Source: Callorhinchus milii (Eukaryota). From it: 64,000 nt of DNA. Location: the NCBI RefSeq assembly GCF_018977255.1, contig NW_024704743.1, positions 36,954,001 through 37,018,000 of the forward strand, given 5' to 3'. The notes under the pieces are model-generated. The model searched no databases, had not been told where the DNA came from, and saw only the letters and a program-made list of their open reading frames with translations. The position numbers and the translations under genes were made by a program. Below are positions 1 through 13,200 of the stretch, in pieces (the first letter of the stretch is position 1; each line of letters begins with the position of its first letter).

Positions 1-94
1 TTGATATTTTTTTTGGCGGAGGGGGGGGGGGCAGGGGAGAAAGGTGGCGGGACTTCTCTGCCAGTTCGGCGAGGAGTGTCGGGGCAGAGCAACA

Positions 95-420
95 TAATAA
101 TAATAATAATAATAATAATCCTTGCATTTGATATAGCGCTTTTCACGTCGGGAGGACGTCCCAAAGCGCTTCACAGAACACACCGTAAAGTGAATTGACT
201 GTATATTTGTGGGTGAACGCGGCAGCCAATTGCGCACAGCAATGTCCCACAAACAGCCGTAGATTGAAAATGACCAATTTATTATTGTTTTGTTTTGGAG
301 GGATTATTATTAGGTGTGTGGAGTAAGGAAACTTGCCCAAGGTTTCGCCCTCTGCCTGGAATTGAACTCAGGTCTCTCGCTTGCAAAGCGAGTGCTCTAA
401 CCACTGAGCTACAGGACTCC
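95..420 (-). mobile_element. Young tRNA-derived SINE, full length
   Basis: tRNA-like head with A/B boxes, L2-type tail, (TTA)n end; near-identical to copies at 19283 and 57738. Confidence 0.9.
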
Positions 421-719
421 AGGATCTTGAATTTGATCCATAGCATCCAGTTTGTGCACAGCAATGACCCAGAAACAGCTGGAAGATTGCTGACCAGGAC
501 ACCAGGAACAGGCATGTGGGACCTCGGTTTAGCGTCTCATTCAAAGGACGGCACCTCCATCAACGCAACCACCCGCCCCCACCCCCCCCCACACACACTG
601 CATTGTAATGTCATCTTAGACTACGTGGGGCTTCAACCCACAACTTTCTGATTCGGAGGCGAAAGTGTTACTACGATGATACTAATCCTCGCCTTATCAA
701 GTCTCAAAGCGCTTGACAG

Positions 720-925
720 AATAATAATAATAATCCTTGCATTTGACATAGCGCTTTTCACGTCTTCTTGACGTCCCAAAGCGCTTCACAGAATACACTG
801 TAAAGTGAATTGACTGTAGATTTGTGGGCGAACGCGGCAGCCAATTGCGCACAGCAATGTCCCACAAACAGTCGTGGATTGAAAATGACCAATTTTATTA
901 TTGTTTTTTGTTTTGGAGGGATTGT
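720..925 (-). mobile_element. Same SINE, 3' half only
   Basis: Tail and body match, head missing. Confidence 0.8.
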
Positions 926-1344
926 TATACTGTAAAGTGAATTGACTGTACATTTTGTGGGCGAAACCACCACATATATTGTCAAAAAGACAAGGAGGAG
1001 CAGATCAGTTAGATATTCACCTCAGTCGTGACTATTTATCGGACCTCGTGTGGAAAAAAGTTGCTTTAGAGAAAAAAGAATCTGTCACCACATGTACCAG
1101 CGATCACTGTGAAGGGTTTTGAGATATTTCAATATTGTTCAGTCCATAATACTGTTTGCACACACCAAGGCACAGGAGTTTTTTGGCAGCTGTGTTTTTC
1201 TAGCTCTGATGTTAAAAGCAAACTAGACAAGCTCACTGACTGCATTTGATTTCATTTCTTTTTTTCCTCTATCCCTGTCGTTGACCGGTTGCCGATGTAT
1301 TGATTCCACATTATTTGTAACAGCCTAATAATTAAGTGAGACGT

Positions 1345-1470
1345 ACACACAAACACAGGCTCTCACAGACGCAGAGAGAGACAGACACTCACAAACACAG
1401 AGAGAGACAGACACTCACAGACACAGAGATTCACACACTCACAGACACAGAGCAGAGAGAGACACATAGA
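1345..1470. repeat. CA/GA-rich simple repeat
   Basis: Degenerate cacagacacagagag units. Confidence 0.7.
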
Positions 1471-1689
1471 CAATCTTAACAGTGGGGCCTCAGGGTGAGT
1501 GAAGTATCTCGAACATGATTGTCCTGAAAGGTGTCAAGTAGACCTGGGGACAAGCAAACTGCATTTTTACAGGTTTTTTAAACGGAGGGGGGTTGTTTGT
1601 TGCAGATTCCGCGGGGAAAAATTGCGGCAGCACTTTTCTATTGGCACAACTGGACTTCTTTTTTTAATTTAAAAAAAAGCTTGATGATG

Positions 1690-2260
1690 TGATGGAAGAA
1701 TGGTAGGGTTTGTGTTCTGGAGGGGTGAGATCAGATGGGCCATGGAGGTCTGCAGTATTCCAGGGTACCGCTGATGGCAGCACAACCAGCCTGGGACATC
1801 GGCAGGACATGGAACGGCAGATCAGTCAATGGGGGCAGGGAGTCATCTCACTCAGCTCCTTTTAACCCAGCAAGCCAAAGCCCTAACAGGTAGGGTGGTC
1901 CTAGCTGGACAAGCAGTGGGAAAGCTTGCAATATGAATGCATTGATATCAATGCGTTGATATTGATATTGCAATATCAATGCAAGCTATGTGGTTTTAGC
2001 TGATTAGACTCTAGATGTACACCAACGCACACTCTGGGGTCCCCAGGCCTGGGCTCTTGCCAGCTTGCGCCTAGTACTTTCCGGAATGAGGTAAGCAGGG
2101 TGCGTCCCTCCAGGGAGAGTGTGCATATCATTCCAACAATCTATCTCTGGGATTTCCATGTGTAGGTGGGATGCATGGAAATCTCAAACTTGGATACTCT
2201 TAACCATGGTGATGTGTTTCCACATGTGTAAGACATCCGGGTGACTAAAGAAAAAAGATG
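1690..2260 (+). mobile_element. Unclassified A-tailed interspersed repeat
   Basis: Homologous, in inverted orientation, to 26670-27090, 59430-59735 and 62895-63130. Confidence 0.7.
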
Positions 2261-2813
2261 GGCCATGGACAGCCAAGGTTTGAGAGCTTGTGGGTGTACA
2301 CCTGAGCTGATCACTTGTCAATTCAATCCAAGTAAATGGACAGTTTGCAAGAAAAATATAGGCACATTATACTATGGATTGCATCCCTTTTTTGGAGTGG
2401 GGGGAGACTTGGAAGACCCCTGGGGGTGTTAGTTGATTCATTGCTAACTATGTTTAAACGGATTTGAGTTGGTAGTAAGCAAGGCTAGACTATATTGTTA
2501 AATTAGTTGAGTTCAGAATCCCAGGCATATTCAAATGGTACAGTGCTCAGTCAAGCTACAATTGAACTGTGCTGTGTACAATTCTGGTTTATGTTACATA
2601 TGGGCACTGAATTCAGCAGGATGCCAGGGATGAAGAGTAACTAGATAAGGTAGGTTTCTTCAGGAAATAAATGTGCAACAATACTTTCAGATACGATTTT
2701 TGGCTTTCTGAACTAGGAAAAAGGGGAGGGGGTGGCGAGCACTTAGTTTTCTTAAGCTATGTATTTGAATGTAAGATCTATAATATATACAACAATTGAG
2801 ACAAACCCAAAAT

Positions 2814-3134
2814 GTGGAGTCCTGTAGCTCAGTGGTTAGAGCACTCGCTTTGCAAGTGAGACACCTGGGTTCAATTCCAAGCAGAGGGCGAAACCTTGGG
2901 CAAGTTTCCTTACTCCACACGTCTAATAATAATCCCTCCAAAACCCCAAAACAATAATAAATTGGTCATTTTCAATCCATGACTGTTTGTGGGACACTGC
3001 TGTGTGCAATTGGCTGCCGCATTTCGCCCACAAATATTCAGTCAATTCACTTTACAGCATATGCTGTGAAGTGCTTTGAGACGTCTAAAAGACGTGAAAA
3101 GCGCTGTATCAAATACAAGGATTATATTATATTA
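2814..3134 (+). mobile_element. Young tRNA-derived SINE, full length
   Basis: gtggagtcctgtagctcagtggttagagc head through L2-like tail. Confidence 0.9.
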
Positions 3135-4231
3135 ATGCAGATAATTCACAGAACAGATGTAACTTTTCTATTACTGTTTATGCTAGCTCAGTAGTATAAA
3201 CCCAAAGATGATGGATATTAAGGTCTGTTTATTGTAAAATATGCAATGGCTTGTTTGCATAAGTTGTGATTTTAAAAAAACATTGTACCCATGGCAGTTA
3301 TAACAGTTGACTGATGTATGTAGCAATTTCATTATCAGCTTTATAAGTGTTTATAAATAAACTGCAAGGTCTAAGTATTGACGAGATTTAGGCAATCTGG
3401 GAATGGGCAACAAACACAATAAATATCTTACCTTGTGCAGAAGTGGGGAAAAATGTGAACTGTGATTGAGTTTTGCTTGATATGCTTTTCATGTCTGAAA
3501 GGAAAACTTGTAATTCAGTCACTGTTTTGTCAAGCTATAACTGAGTGTCTACCTCCTGGGAAATGAGGGGAGTAAATGGTGTGAGCTTGTGATGCTTCAG
3601 GCAGATTTCTGAGTGGTCAAGGTGATGACAAAAAACAGCAGCCTTTTTTTGCCTCAGGCAACTTTTCATTTCTCCCACCATGGAGTGGTTTAATTTATTA
3701 TGTTGGCAGCCACATTGTAAGATATTTGTCTCTGGATAATACTGAAATTCCATTTTTTTAATTTTTGTTGCGTGTCTAATTTCTATTATGGCAATTGCAC
3801 TAATTAGGCGGATAGAAATTGCTAATCTTTGTTCTAATATGTGATTTTTGTCAGGTTTGGGGTAGACTGATTTGGAAAAAAAAGTCCCTTGATATTCAAA
3901 TCATAGTGTAAATTATGTAGATTCTAGCATTGAATTTCAGCTGGCTAAATTCTTGCCTGAAACTGACATCCCAACAAACTAGCATCTCAGGATCATTTCA
4001 TTGTTAACTGTTCACTAATATAATGGAATTGACACCATGACTACCTGGTAGATCGTTGCTGTATAAAATTGTGCAAAAGTAGGAAAAACAAACTCAACCG
4101 TTGCTTGATAAGCTTTTATTATCTGAAAAGTTTGAAAACTTGTAAATGAAGTTTAATTTAACATTAATTTCTACGTGATTATTTTGTTGAATCTTTTCTT
4201 GAACTGCCATCTCTTTTAAATATATTTTCAG

Positions 4232-4268
4232 GGGATATGATTGACGTGCCTTCTCCCCAGCCGCCAAG
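4232..4268 (+). CDS. KIF15: KIF15 exon 2
   Basis: ttttcag|...|gtaaga, 37 nt, [11 protein letters not shown](S); phase joins exon 3 to give [11 protein letters not shown]. Confidence 0.75.
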
Positions 4269-7200
4269 GTAAGAAATTAATGAAAAAAATGCACAGTTTG
4301 CAGACTGAAAAATCATTTTTTTTACTGACATACATCTGTTGGATTGTTTTAGATTTACTTGGTCATTTAGTTTCCAAGTGGTTATTAATATTTGTAACGT
4401 GAGGAAACACAATACAAGTAGGGAATACGTTTAAATCAGCAACTGAGTTATTGATCTTTTGACATGTGTGGAAAAAATCTGTATCATACAAAAAAGTTTG
4501 TTAATGTTGAGCTGATGTTGGCACAGTTTGATGACCTCCAGGAGGGAGAAAACATGAAGGCAACTTATTTTCTTTAAGATGTATATTATAAAGTGTGAAT
4601 TAACAAAAGCTCTTAAAGAAACTTGGGTTGCATCTAAATATTGTGCAGACTTACTCTGTTGTAAATACTGAATTATCTTTCATAATTACAGTGCTGAAGG
4701 TGATTCCATCAAGGTTTATGTAAGGGTACGACCACCAGTGAAGGGCACTGCGTTATTCAATGATGGAGACCAAGGCCAGTGTTTGTCTGTCATCTCATCA
4801 AATGCCGTTCGTCTCAATTCAAAACCTGAACCCAAGATTTTCACCTATGATCATGTGGCTGACATACACACCACTCAGGTACAGCTTTAAAAATGAGTGA
4901 GTTTTTTTTAAAAAAGTTGTCTTGTATAATAATCCTTGCATTTGATATGGCGTCTTATATCGGATCGTTGAGATGCCTCAAAGTCCTTCATCCTATATTC
5001 CGTGAAGTGGATTGACTATTTTGGGGCGAACATCGTGTGAACATTTATGGAGGGACAAGTGTCACTTTCTGCTCTAGTCTATATGCTATATTACTTTTCC
5101 TGAGTTGAGAGGGTGGACAGGTCACATTCTCCCATTCCTCGCATTGTGCAGATCACTTTGTGGAGCTAGGTTTTAACCCATTTAATCTTGTAATAATACA
5201 GTACCAGGCTTGTTCCACTAGAGGTCCTTGTGTGCCATGTAAATCAGCAAATTATAGTTGGGCACTACAGAAGATAACTTTAGATCGATACATGATTGAA
5301 TACAGTGTTTGTAATTAGTAAATCTAAAATAACAATGAGAAGGAGAAAAGGAACTTCAGTTGTGCCAGAGAGATGTAAACTTTCAATGATTTGTTTGAAA
5401 GAAGGCTTATCAGAGCTCTACTAGGATAATCAAGGTTGTGCAGGGACAAATATAAATGCACAATATATATTGGCATATAGTCAGTTGTGCTGGGCTTGCT
5501 GATTGAAATACTATAGTACAATTGTTAGCTAGGCATTAGTTAAAGTGAAATTCTCAACCAGAATGTACAATGTTTCCCAAAGCATTAGCAATTATAGATG
5601 TCTGATATTTTTCCCCAATTTAAATAAAACAATTTTGCTTTCCCAAAACTATCACTTTTGCTGAGGAATGTTCTAATCTGCATGCTGTTCTACTCTTGAT
5701 GTTAGAATAACACTCAGAATCATAATTCATAGAAGGAACAACTCAGAAACGGGCCATTCAGTTTATCCTGTCCATCTCGTATTCATACTTCACACCACTG
5801 CCTATTCTAGATATCCCTCAACTTTATTCTGTCTTAACCATGTGTCCAGTCTTTTTGAATGTACACATGTTTGTCATCCCAACACATGGCTGTGGCAGAG
5901 AATATCCTCTGATTACCAGAAATAATTTTCCCATACTCACCCTAGCTAAGACTTCCTCTATCATATCTCCTCTCGGTCTCCTGAGTTCCAAAGAAAAAAT
6001 TAGTTTATCAAGCCTTTCCCTATAACTGCACTTCCTCATTCCAGATTGCATCAGCAGAAGAAAGAGTCTCGCTTCTCGGACATGAAGCCAGGCATTCAGA
6101 TTGACAAATACTTCTTGTATTATTTGGGATAATTGTGCAGTTTATTGGGCTATATTGAGGAAGTGGCTTGCATTGCTGAACGAGTGACTCTGAACCTAAG
6201 GAATGCATATAAATATGTGTGGGGTTTTCTTTTTGCAGGAATCTGTATTTTCAGTTGTAGCAAAAGGCATTATCGAGTCGTGCATGAATGGATACAATGG
6301 CACAATTTTTGCTTAGTAAGTAAGATTTCCAGTTGAATTATTATTGTGATTGTCTTCTCCACTTAGTTCTTGAACAGTGAAGCTGCAAAACGCATGGATT
6401 AGCAAAGCTTTGGCTACCAGCCACTGTCACTTCAAATTGCATACTCCATTTTCTTAGAGATTTTATACTTTCCTGCACTGCCTCAAACCCACCGCCTTGC
6501 TCCCTCCTTGTTAGTCTTATAATAATAATAATCCTTGCATTTGATATAGCGCCTTATCACGTCTTTGAGATGTTTCAAAGCACTTCACAGAATATACTGT
6601 AAAGTGAATTGACTGTATATTTTGTCGGCGATCTTCAGATCACAACTGAAGACCTTCCTCTTCGACTGTACCTTTGGTCACCGCCCCGCTCTCCCCATTA
6701 AGTGTTCCAAGACACTACCCCGCCTGAAGGGTGCAATATAAATGCAAGTTATTATTGTTGAGTGACATTTAAAGAGGTTTATATTAAAATGGTACAGGTG
6801 TACTGTCGCAGAACTCCAATGCACTACACCACGATGTGAATTTATACTTACAGTTCATAGTTTGTCGGTCTTGGCCATGGCATTGTGATGAGGTCAGAAG
6901 CCATAGGGTTTCCTTACAAAGAGGGTATAGAATTGTTTAGGTAGAGTGGGGCAAAACTGTGGAGGGGTTTTAAAGTGAGGACGATAGTCTTGAACTTGAT
7001 CTTTTTGGGAATGGGGAGCCAGTGGAGCTGAGTAAGGATGGGGTGTTAGGTTCGCGTAGCCTTGTGTTGTGAGAGAGGACACGGGTTGCAGAGTTCTGAA
7101 TGGTCTGCAGCTTGTAGAGGAAGAATTGGGAAGTCCAACGAGCAGAGAGTTGGCGTAATCTATCCTGGATGTGCGGAACGAAACGCAAGGATAAAGGTCT

Positions 7201-10200
7201 GAGCAGCCTGAGGGGAGAGGTTGTACCAGACACAGGCAGTGTTGGGTGAGGCGGGACATTGAAGCTTCAGAGCATGTGTGTGTGATTTAAAGGACAGTTG
7301 AGAGTCAAACTGGCCACCGAGGTCTGCCCTAGTGAAGTGGGGTGTGCTTCTATATGGATTGCACATATCCAATTAGTGGCAAAGTGGAAATATCAGATTC
7401 TTCGTTAATGCTTCAAATCCTAGATATTATGTATATTTTGACTGCAGAACTATAATCACCTCTTCATACAAAATTTCTAGGGGCGTGGGTGGAGGTTACT
7501 GATTTGGTGTGAATTACTGCAAAGAAATTGAATAACATCAAAATGTTGAAGGGAATTTTGCTGAAAATGACTTGTTAAAAATATTCCTTTTCCCAGCGGA
7601 CAGACTGGTTCAGGGAAAACATTCACAATGTTGGGTGAGTAAAACAAAGATTAAGCTTGATTATACCATGTAATCAATGCAGTATGTTTCGAATCTGAAA
7701 ACACGGGTCTTCTAAATAGTTCAGAAATTTGAATGTGATGAGCTCATTGGCTTTAGATAATCTAATGGGAAGTTTCTCCACTGCTGACTTAAGGTGTTAA
7801 TGAGAGCATAATGTAGTATTGCATTGAACCCAATCTGTTAGCAATATTAATTTGCTATATTATTGTACGATGCAGCCTTTGTACGTGTGTGTGTGTGTAT
7901 ATATAGTGGACATAGTAAATAACCAAAATCAATTATGGTGTAGCACTAGGAGACTTGTCAATTAACTATTTCCATTTAATATGACATAGATCAGGGTTGC
8001 TTGTTTATTTTTTTAAATAAAACTTAATTTCTGAAGAAACATTCCCATATGTCACCTTCCCTAAACAGTGGCCAAGATTGGACTTGTGTGGAAAAATGTA
8101 TCTGATTCTCTATTTCGTCAGCGGTGTGTTGCCAGTGTATCGTTCCATAGACCCTGGCAACCCTCTAATGTCTTGCTGTGTTAGTATACCACTGGGTTCC
8201 AAGTCAATTATACAGAGGATAGAGTTCAAAATCCTCGTCCTCGCCTTCAAGGCCCTCCATGGCCTTGCCCCTTCCTACCTCAGTAACCTGCTAATCCCTT
8301 ATCAACCTCTCTGCTCAGTGGCCTCTGGCCTGCTTGAGTCCCCCGGCCCTCCCCCACCCTCGGCGGTCAGGCCTTCAGCCTCTCCACCCCCACCCTTTGG
8401 AACTCCATCCCACATTCCGTTCACCTCACTCCCTCCCTTGCTTCCTTCATGGCACGTGTCAAGACCCTCCTCTTCAACCGCACCTTCGGCCATCCTCCCT
8501 GCCCTTCACCCTCCCTTACTCCAATCTCTTTCTCCTCCACCCCCCCACCACCGCTCGGGTCCAAATCCCTGACTATCCAGCGCCTTGGAATGTTCTCCCA
8601 ATGTGAAAGGAGCTATACAAATGTAATTTGGTATTGTAAACAATATATTCCAGCAACACACTACCAGATCAAAATGTTTTTTGAATTTGCATTTCATTTA
8701 CCCATCAAAAGTGCATTAGACAAATATACTTTTTGGGGATAGTTACAAATAGCTTGAAAACTAAAAGTTTTTAACCTTTGCAGGTCCATCTGATGATTCT
8801 GATAACTTCACTCATAATCTCAGAGGAGTAATTCCTCGCAGCTTTGAATACCTGTTTTACTTGATCAGTCGGGAAAAGGAAAAGGTATCTTGTGTGTTAT
8901 CTACCATCACTGATATTTCAGGTATTTAGATAAAAACTTATGTTTGAAAACTAATGATGCTGTGCTTCTGTATCAATACTTAATAGGCAGGGGATGGCAA
9001 GGATTTCCTGTGCAAGTGCTCTTTCATTGAGATTTACAATGAACAAATATATGATTTGTTGGACCCCGCTTCAAGTGGACTATTTCTACGAGAGAATATA
9101 AAAACGGGAGTATTTGTTGAGGGGGTCATTGAACGGGTTGTAACCTCAGCAGCTGAGGCCTATCAGGTAACTATTTCCATTTAATATTAGATGGTGCAAG
9201 TAATTTATACATTTATATGTAGCCTACCCCTTGAACATAGTGACTTATTCTTCTTTCCATTAAATCGTATGCAGCGCTCCCTCAGCAATGTATTGGAGTG
9301 TCAGCCTAGATTTAGACTGAGTTCCCAGTCCCAATCTGGAACCTGAACCTGCTGACTCAGGGCTACTAAGTGAGCCAGGCTGACACCTATTCTAAAATAT
9401 AGTTCAGAATGTATGTATCTAACAGGCAGGAAATAAAAAACTGTCCTATCTGTTATGTGCTGAACATCTGCTATAAAAGTGTGAAAATAATCATTAATTA
9501 TTCATTCAGTGTCTGAAACAATTAATATAAAATACATAGTAATAAATACAAAATTTTAATAAATATAAATAATATAAAATAATAAATATCCTGAACTCCT
9601 CTTGATTTCAACCCCTAACTCGGGTGCAAACCCTTAACTGTCCAGCGCCTTGGATGTCCTTTGCATGTGAAAGGTGCTATATAAGTGTAAAAAGTAATAC
9701 TTTGGGATTAATCTCACAGGTTTTGTCCATGGGGTGGAGGAACCGAAGTGTGGCTTCTACCTCAATGAACCGCGAGTCCTCACGATCGCATGCTGTCTTC
9801 ACAGTCACCATAGAGTCAAAGGAAAAGATCAGCAACCTATTTAACATTCGAACATCCCAGCTGAACCTGGTTGATTTAGCAGGGTCAGAGCGACAAAGGG
9901 ATACACGTGCTGAAGGGGTTCGATTAAAGGTAATGGCAGCTTTGTATCAGAATGAAAGATATTGGTTACTCGATCATACACTGTTCACTGGATACTCCCA
10001 ACACATTTTGTAGACACAATAACTGGACTTGGTTTTAGGAGTATTTGGCTATAGTGGTGAGGTATCTTGTAAGTACAGGTGTGTATATGAATCACAAATG
10101 TGTGTATAGTAATACTGTACGTAATTCACAACACTTCTAATTGATTCTAGATTTCAAAAGCAAAATATTACTCACGTAAACACGCTTTGTGTGGATTCCA

Positions 10201-13200
10201 TGATCAATACATTGGAAAATCACATTGCAAGTAACTAAATTATGCAATTTGAGAATTCAAATAATTTGAAACTTTTTTTGTTTCTGCGTAACTTTTTTTC
10301 TCTCTCTCTGTGTTTATCCTATTCAGGAAGCGAGCAGTATAAACCGATCACTAAGTTGTCTTGGAAATGTCATTATGGGGCTCATTGATGTGGCCAGTGG
10401 AAAAAATAGGCACATTTGTTACAGAGACTCCAAGCTTACATTCCTCCTAAGGGTAATATAGATGCTAAAACATAGATCTTTATATGGTGATTCTTATCCA
10501 TATTCTCTGGAGCATTATATGGTGATTCTTAGAGCATTCTCATTTTGTGGAGTCTTGTAGCTTAGTGGTTAGGGCACTCGCCTCACAAGCGAGAGGAACT
10601 AGGTTTGCTTTCCGGCCAGAATGAAACATTGGGCAAGTTTCCTTACACCACGCACTTCTATTCATCTGGCTGTGTGTAGGAACCCAGTTGTTAGTTGATT
10701 GGCGGATCGCTTTTCCAGGGATAATAATCCCTTCATGAATAAATAAATAAAAATAATTTGGTCATTCAATCCACGACTGTTCATGGGCCACTATTGTGTG
10801 CAATTGGCTGCTGTGTTTCACTCACAAAATGTACAGTCAATTCACTTTACAGTATATTCTGTAAAGAGCTTTGAGACATCTCAAAGACGTGGTACAACAA
10901 AATTACATTTATAGAGCGACTTTCACGTCGGGAGGACGTCCCAAAGCGCTGAACAGTCAGGTGTCGGGGCCCAGCATTGGGGAGGGATGGTGTAGGGGTG
11001 AGGGAAAGCAGAGAAGTGGGAGGGCGACCAAAGGTATGATTAAAGAGAAGGGTCTTGAGACTGGACTTGAAGGAGGCAAGGGAGGAAGCGAGGCGAAGGG
11101 ACCATGGGATGGAGTTCCAGAGTGTGGGGGCAGAGAGGCTGAAAGCCCGGCCACCGATGGTAGGGCGGGTCGGGGGGGGGAGACATGGAGCAGGCCGGAG
11201 CCCGCTGAAAGGAGGGAGCGGGCAGATTGGTAAGGAGTCAGCAGGTCAGCGAGGTAGGATGGAGCAAGACCATGGATGGCCTTGAAAGTGAGGACAAGGA
11301 TCTTGAATTCGATCCTCTGGGGGATGAGGAGCCAGTGGAGTCGGGTGAGGGTGGGAGTGATGCGGTCACAGAACCTGGTGCGTGAGAGTACACGAGCTGC
11401 AGAGTCTTGGATGATCTGCAGATTGTGAAGGGAAGAGTTGGGAAGGCCGATGAGGAGGGAGTTTCCGTAATCGAGCCTTGATGTGACGAATGTGTGGGTG
11501 AGGGTTTCTGCAGCCTGAGGGGTGAGGCAGTGGCGGAGTCTGGCAATGTTTCGGAGGTGGTGGTAGGCAGTGCCGGTCATGGCACGGATGTGGGGGAGAA
11601 AGGACAGTTCAGGGTCAAACAAGACGCCCAGGTTCCTGACTGGCTTAGTGAGGTTGAGTGTGCAGCCGTGGAGGCTGATGCTGCCAGCGCCCGAGGTGCT
11701 GAGGCGCTGACACAAGCTAATCAGGAAGGCCTCGGTCTTGCTGATGTTGAGTTGGAGAAAGTTGTCCCTAATCCAGGACTTGATGTCGGACAGGGAGTCG
11801 GTCAGGATGCCAGTAGTCCTGGAGTTGAGGGTGGAGGCAGAGAGGTAGAGTTGGGTGTCATCTGCATACATGTGGAAATTTACTCCATGTCTGCGGATGA
11901 TGTCACCAAGGGGGAGCATGTAGAGGGGGAAGGGGGGGACCGAGGACAGAGCCCTGAGGAACACCACATGAGACAGTGCGGGGGCTGGAGGAGAAGTCAT
12001 TTGCCACGACGAAGTGGAGGCGGTATGAAATGTAGGACCTGAACCAGTCAAGGACAGAACCTTGAAGATTGAGGTGGGAGGAGAGGCGGTGGAGGGGCAT
12101 TGAGTGGTCCACTGTGTCAAAGGCGACGAGGAGGCAGAGGGAGCCCTGGTCACACATGGTCAGGATGTTGTTTGTGACCTTGACCAGAGCAGTCTCTGTG
12201 CTGTGGGCAGCACGGAAACCCGATTGGAGGGGTTCATGGAGGGAGTGAGAGGAGAGGAAAGAGCGAAGCTGGGAGGCAACAGCTCTCTCAAGGACCTTGG
12301 ATAGGAAGGGGAGATTTGAGATGGGCCGGTAGCTGGATAGCTGTGATGGGTCGAGGGAAGATTTCTTTAAGGTGGAGGTGATAGTGGCTGTTTTAAGGGG
12401 GGGAGGAACAATGCCCGATGACAGGGAGAGGTTAATGATGTAGGCGAGTACTGGGGCAAGGAGGTGGAGTTGGGATTTAAGAAGAGGGGTAGGGATAGAG
12501 TTCAGGGGGCAGGTGGTGGGCTTCATGGAGGTTACGGTGGTGAAGACAGAGTATGGGGTGACAGGTTCAAAGGTTTGGAAGGAGGGATGGGTAATTGTTG
12601 GATGAGTAGTTGTGTGAGGTGGGGGTGGGGAGGGGGTGGAAGTTGGGAGGGCAGTGGCAGCTGAGCGGATTCCCTCGATTTTGGACTCAAGTCCAGCATT
12701 TTCTCGCAGTGAGAGTCAGAGGAAAGAATTTGCGAGGCGTGTCAGGGAGGGCAGAGGAGCTGGTTGGTGGTGATAAGGTGCTATATCAAATGCAAGGGTT
12801 ATTATTATTCACATTTTTAGTCAAATTGTTGTTATTAAGCAAATTGTTATACACAGTATTTAAAAAAAATACTTATTTTCACTCATCATTTGTAGATTAC
12901 AAATTACAGATTATCTACAAATTCTAGATAAAGCCATTCCCATGTCTAAATACAAGTTAAACTTTATTCTTATTTGCTTATATTAGAAATCTTGTTCCCA
13001 GTCAAGTCATACAATATCTTGGGAAATTAGCCTTATACAATATCTATATGTGGAACCAAACTTTACTTGTCAACGTTAATGATTAATTTTGTTACAGGAT
13101 TCTCTGGGAGGAAATGCAAAAACCTACATTATTGCCAATGTGCATCCTGGGTCGAGATGTTTTGGTGAAACGCTCTCTACACTTCAGTTTGCTCGCAGAG

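Noticed and set aside
1..4231. KIF15 exon 1 and start codon
   Set aside because: No convincing ATG-containing phase-1 exon found; the GC-rich first 90 bp suggest the promoter and exon 1 lie just upstream of the window.
10957..12526. Intact autonomous or domesticated reverse transcriptase gene
   Set aside because: Frameshifted across ORFs, has internal deletions, is 5'-truncated and lacks the endonuclease.
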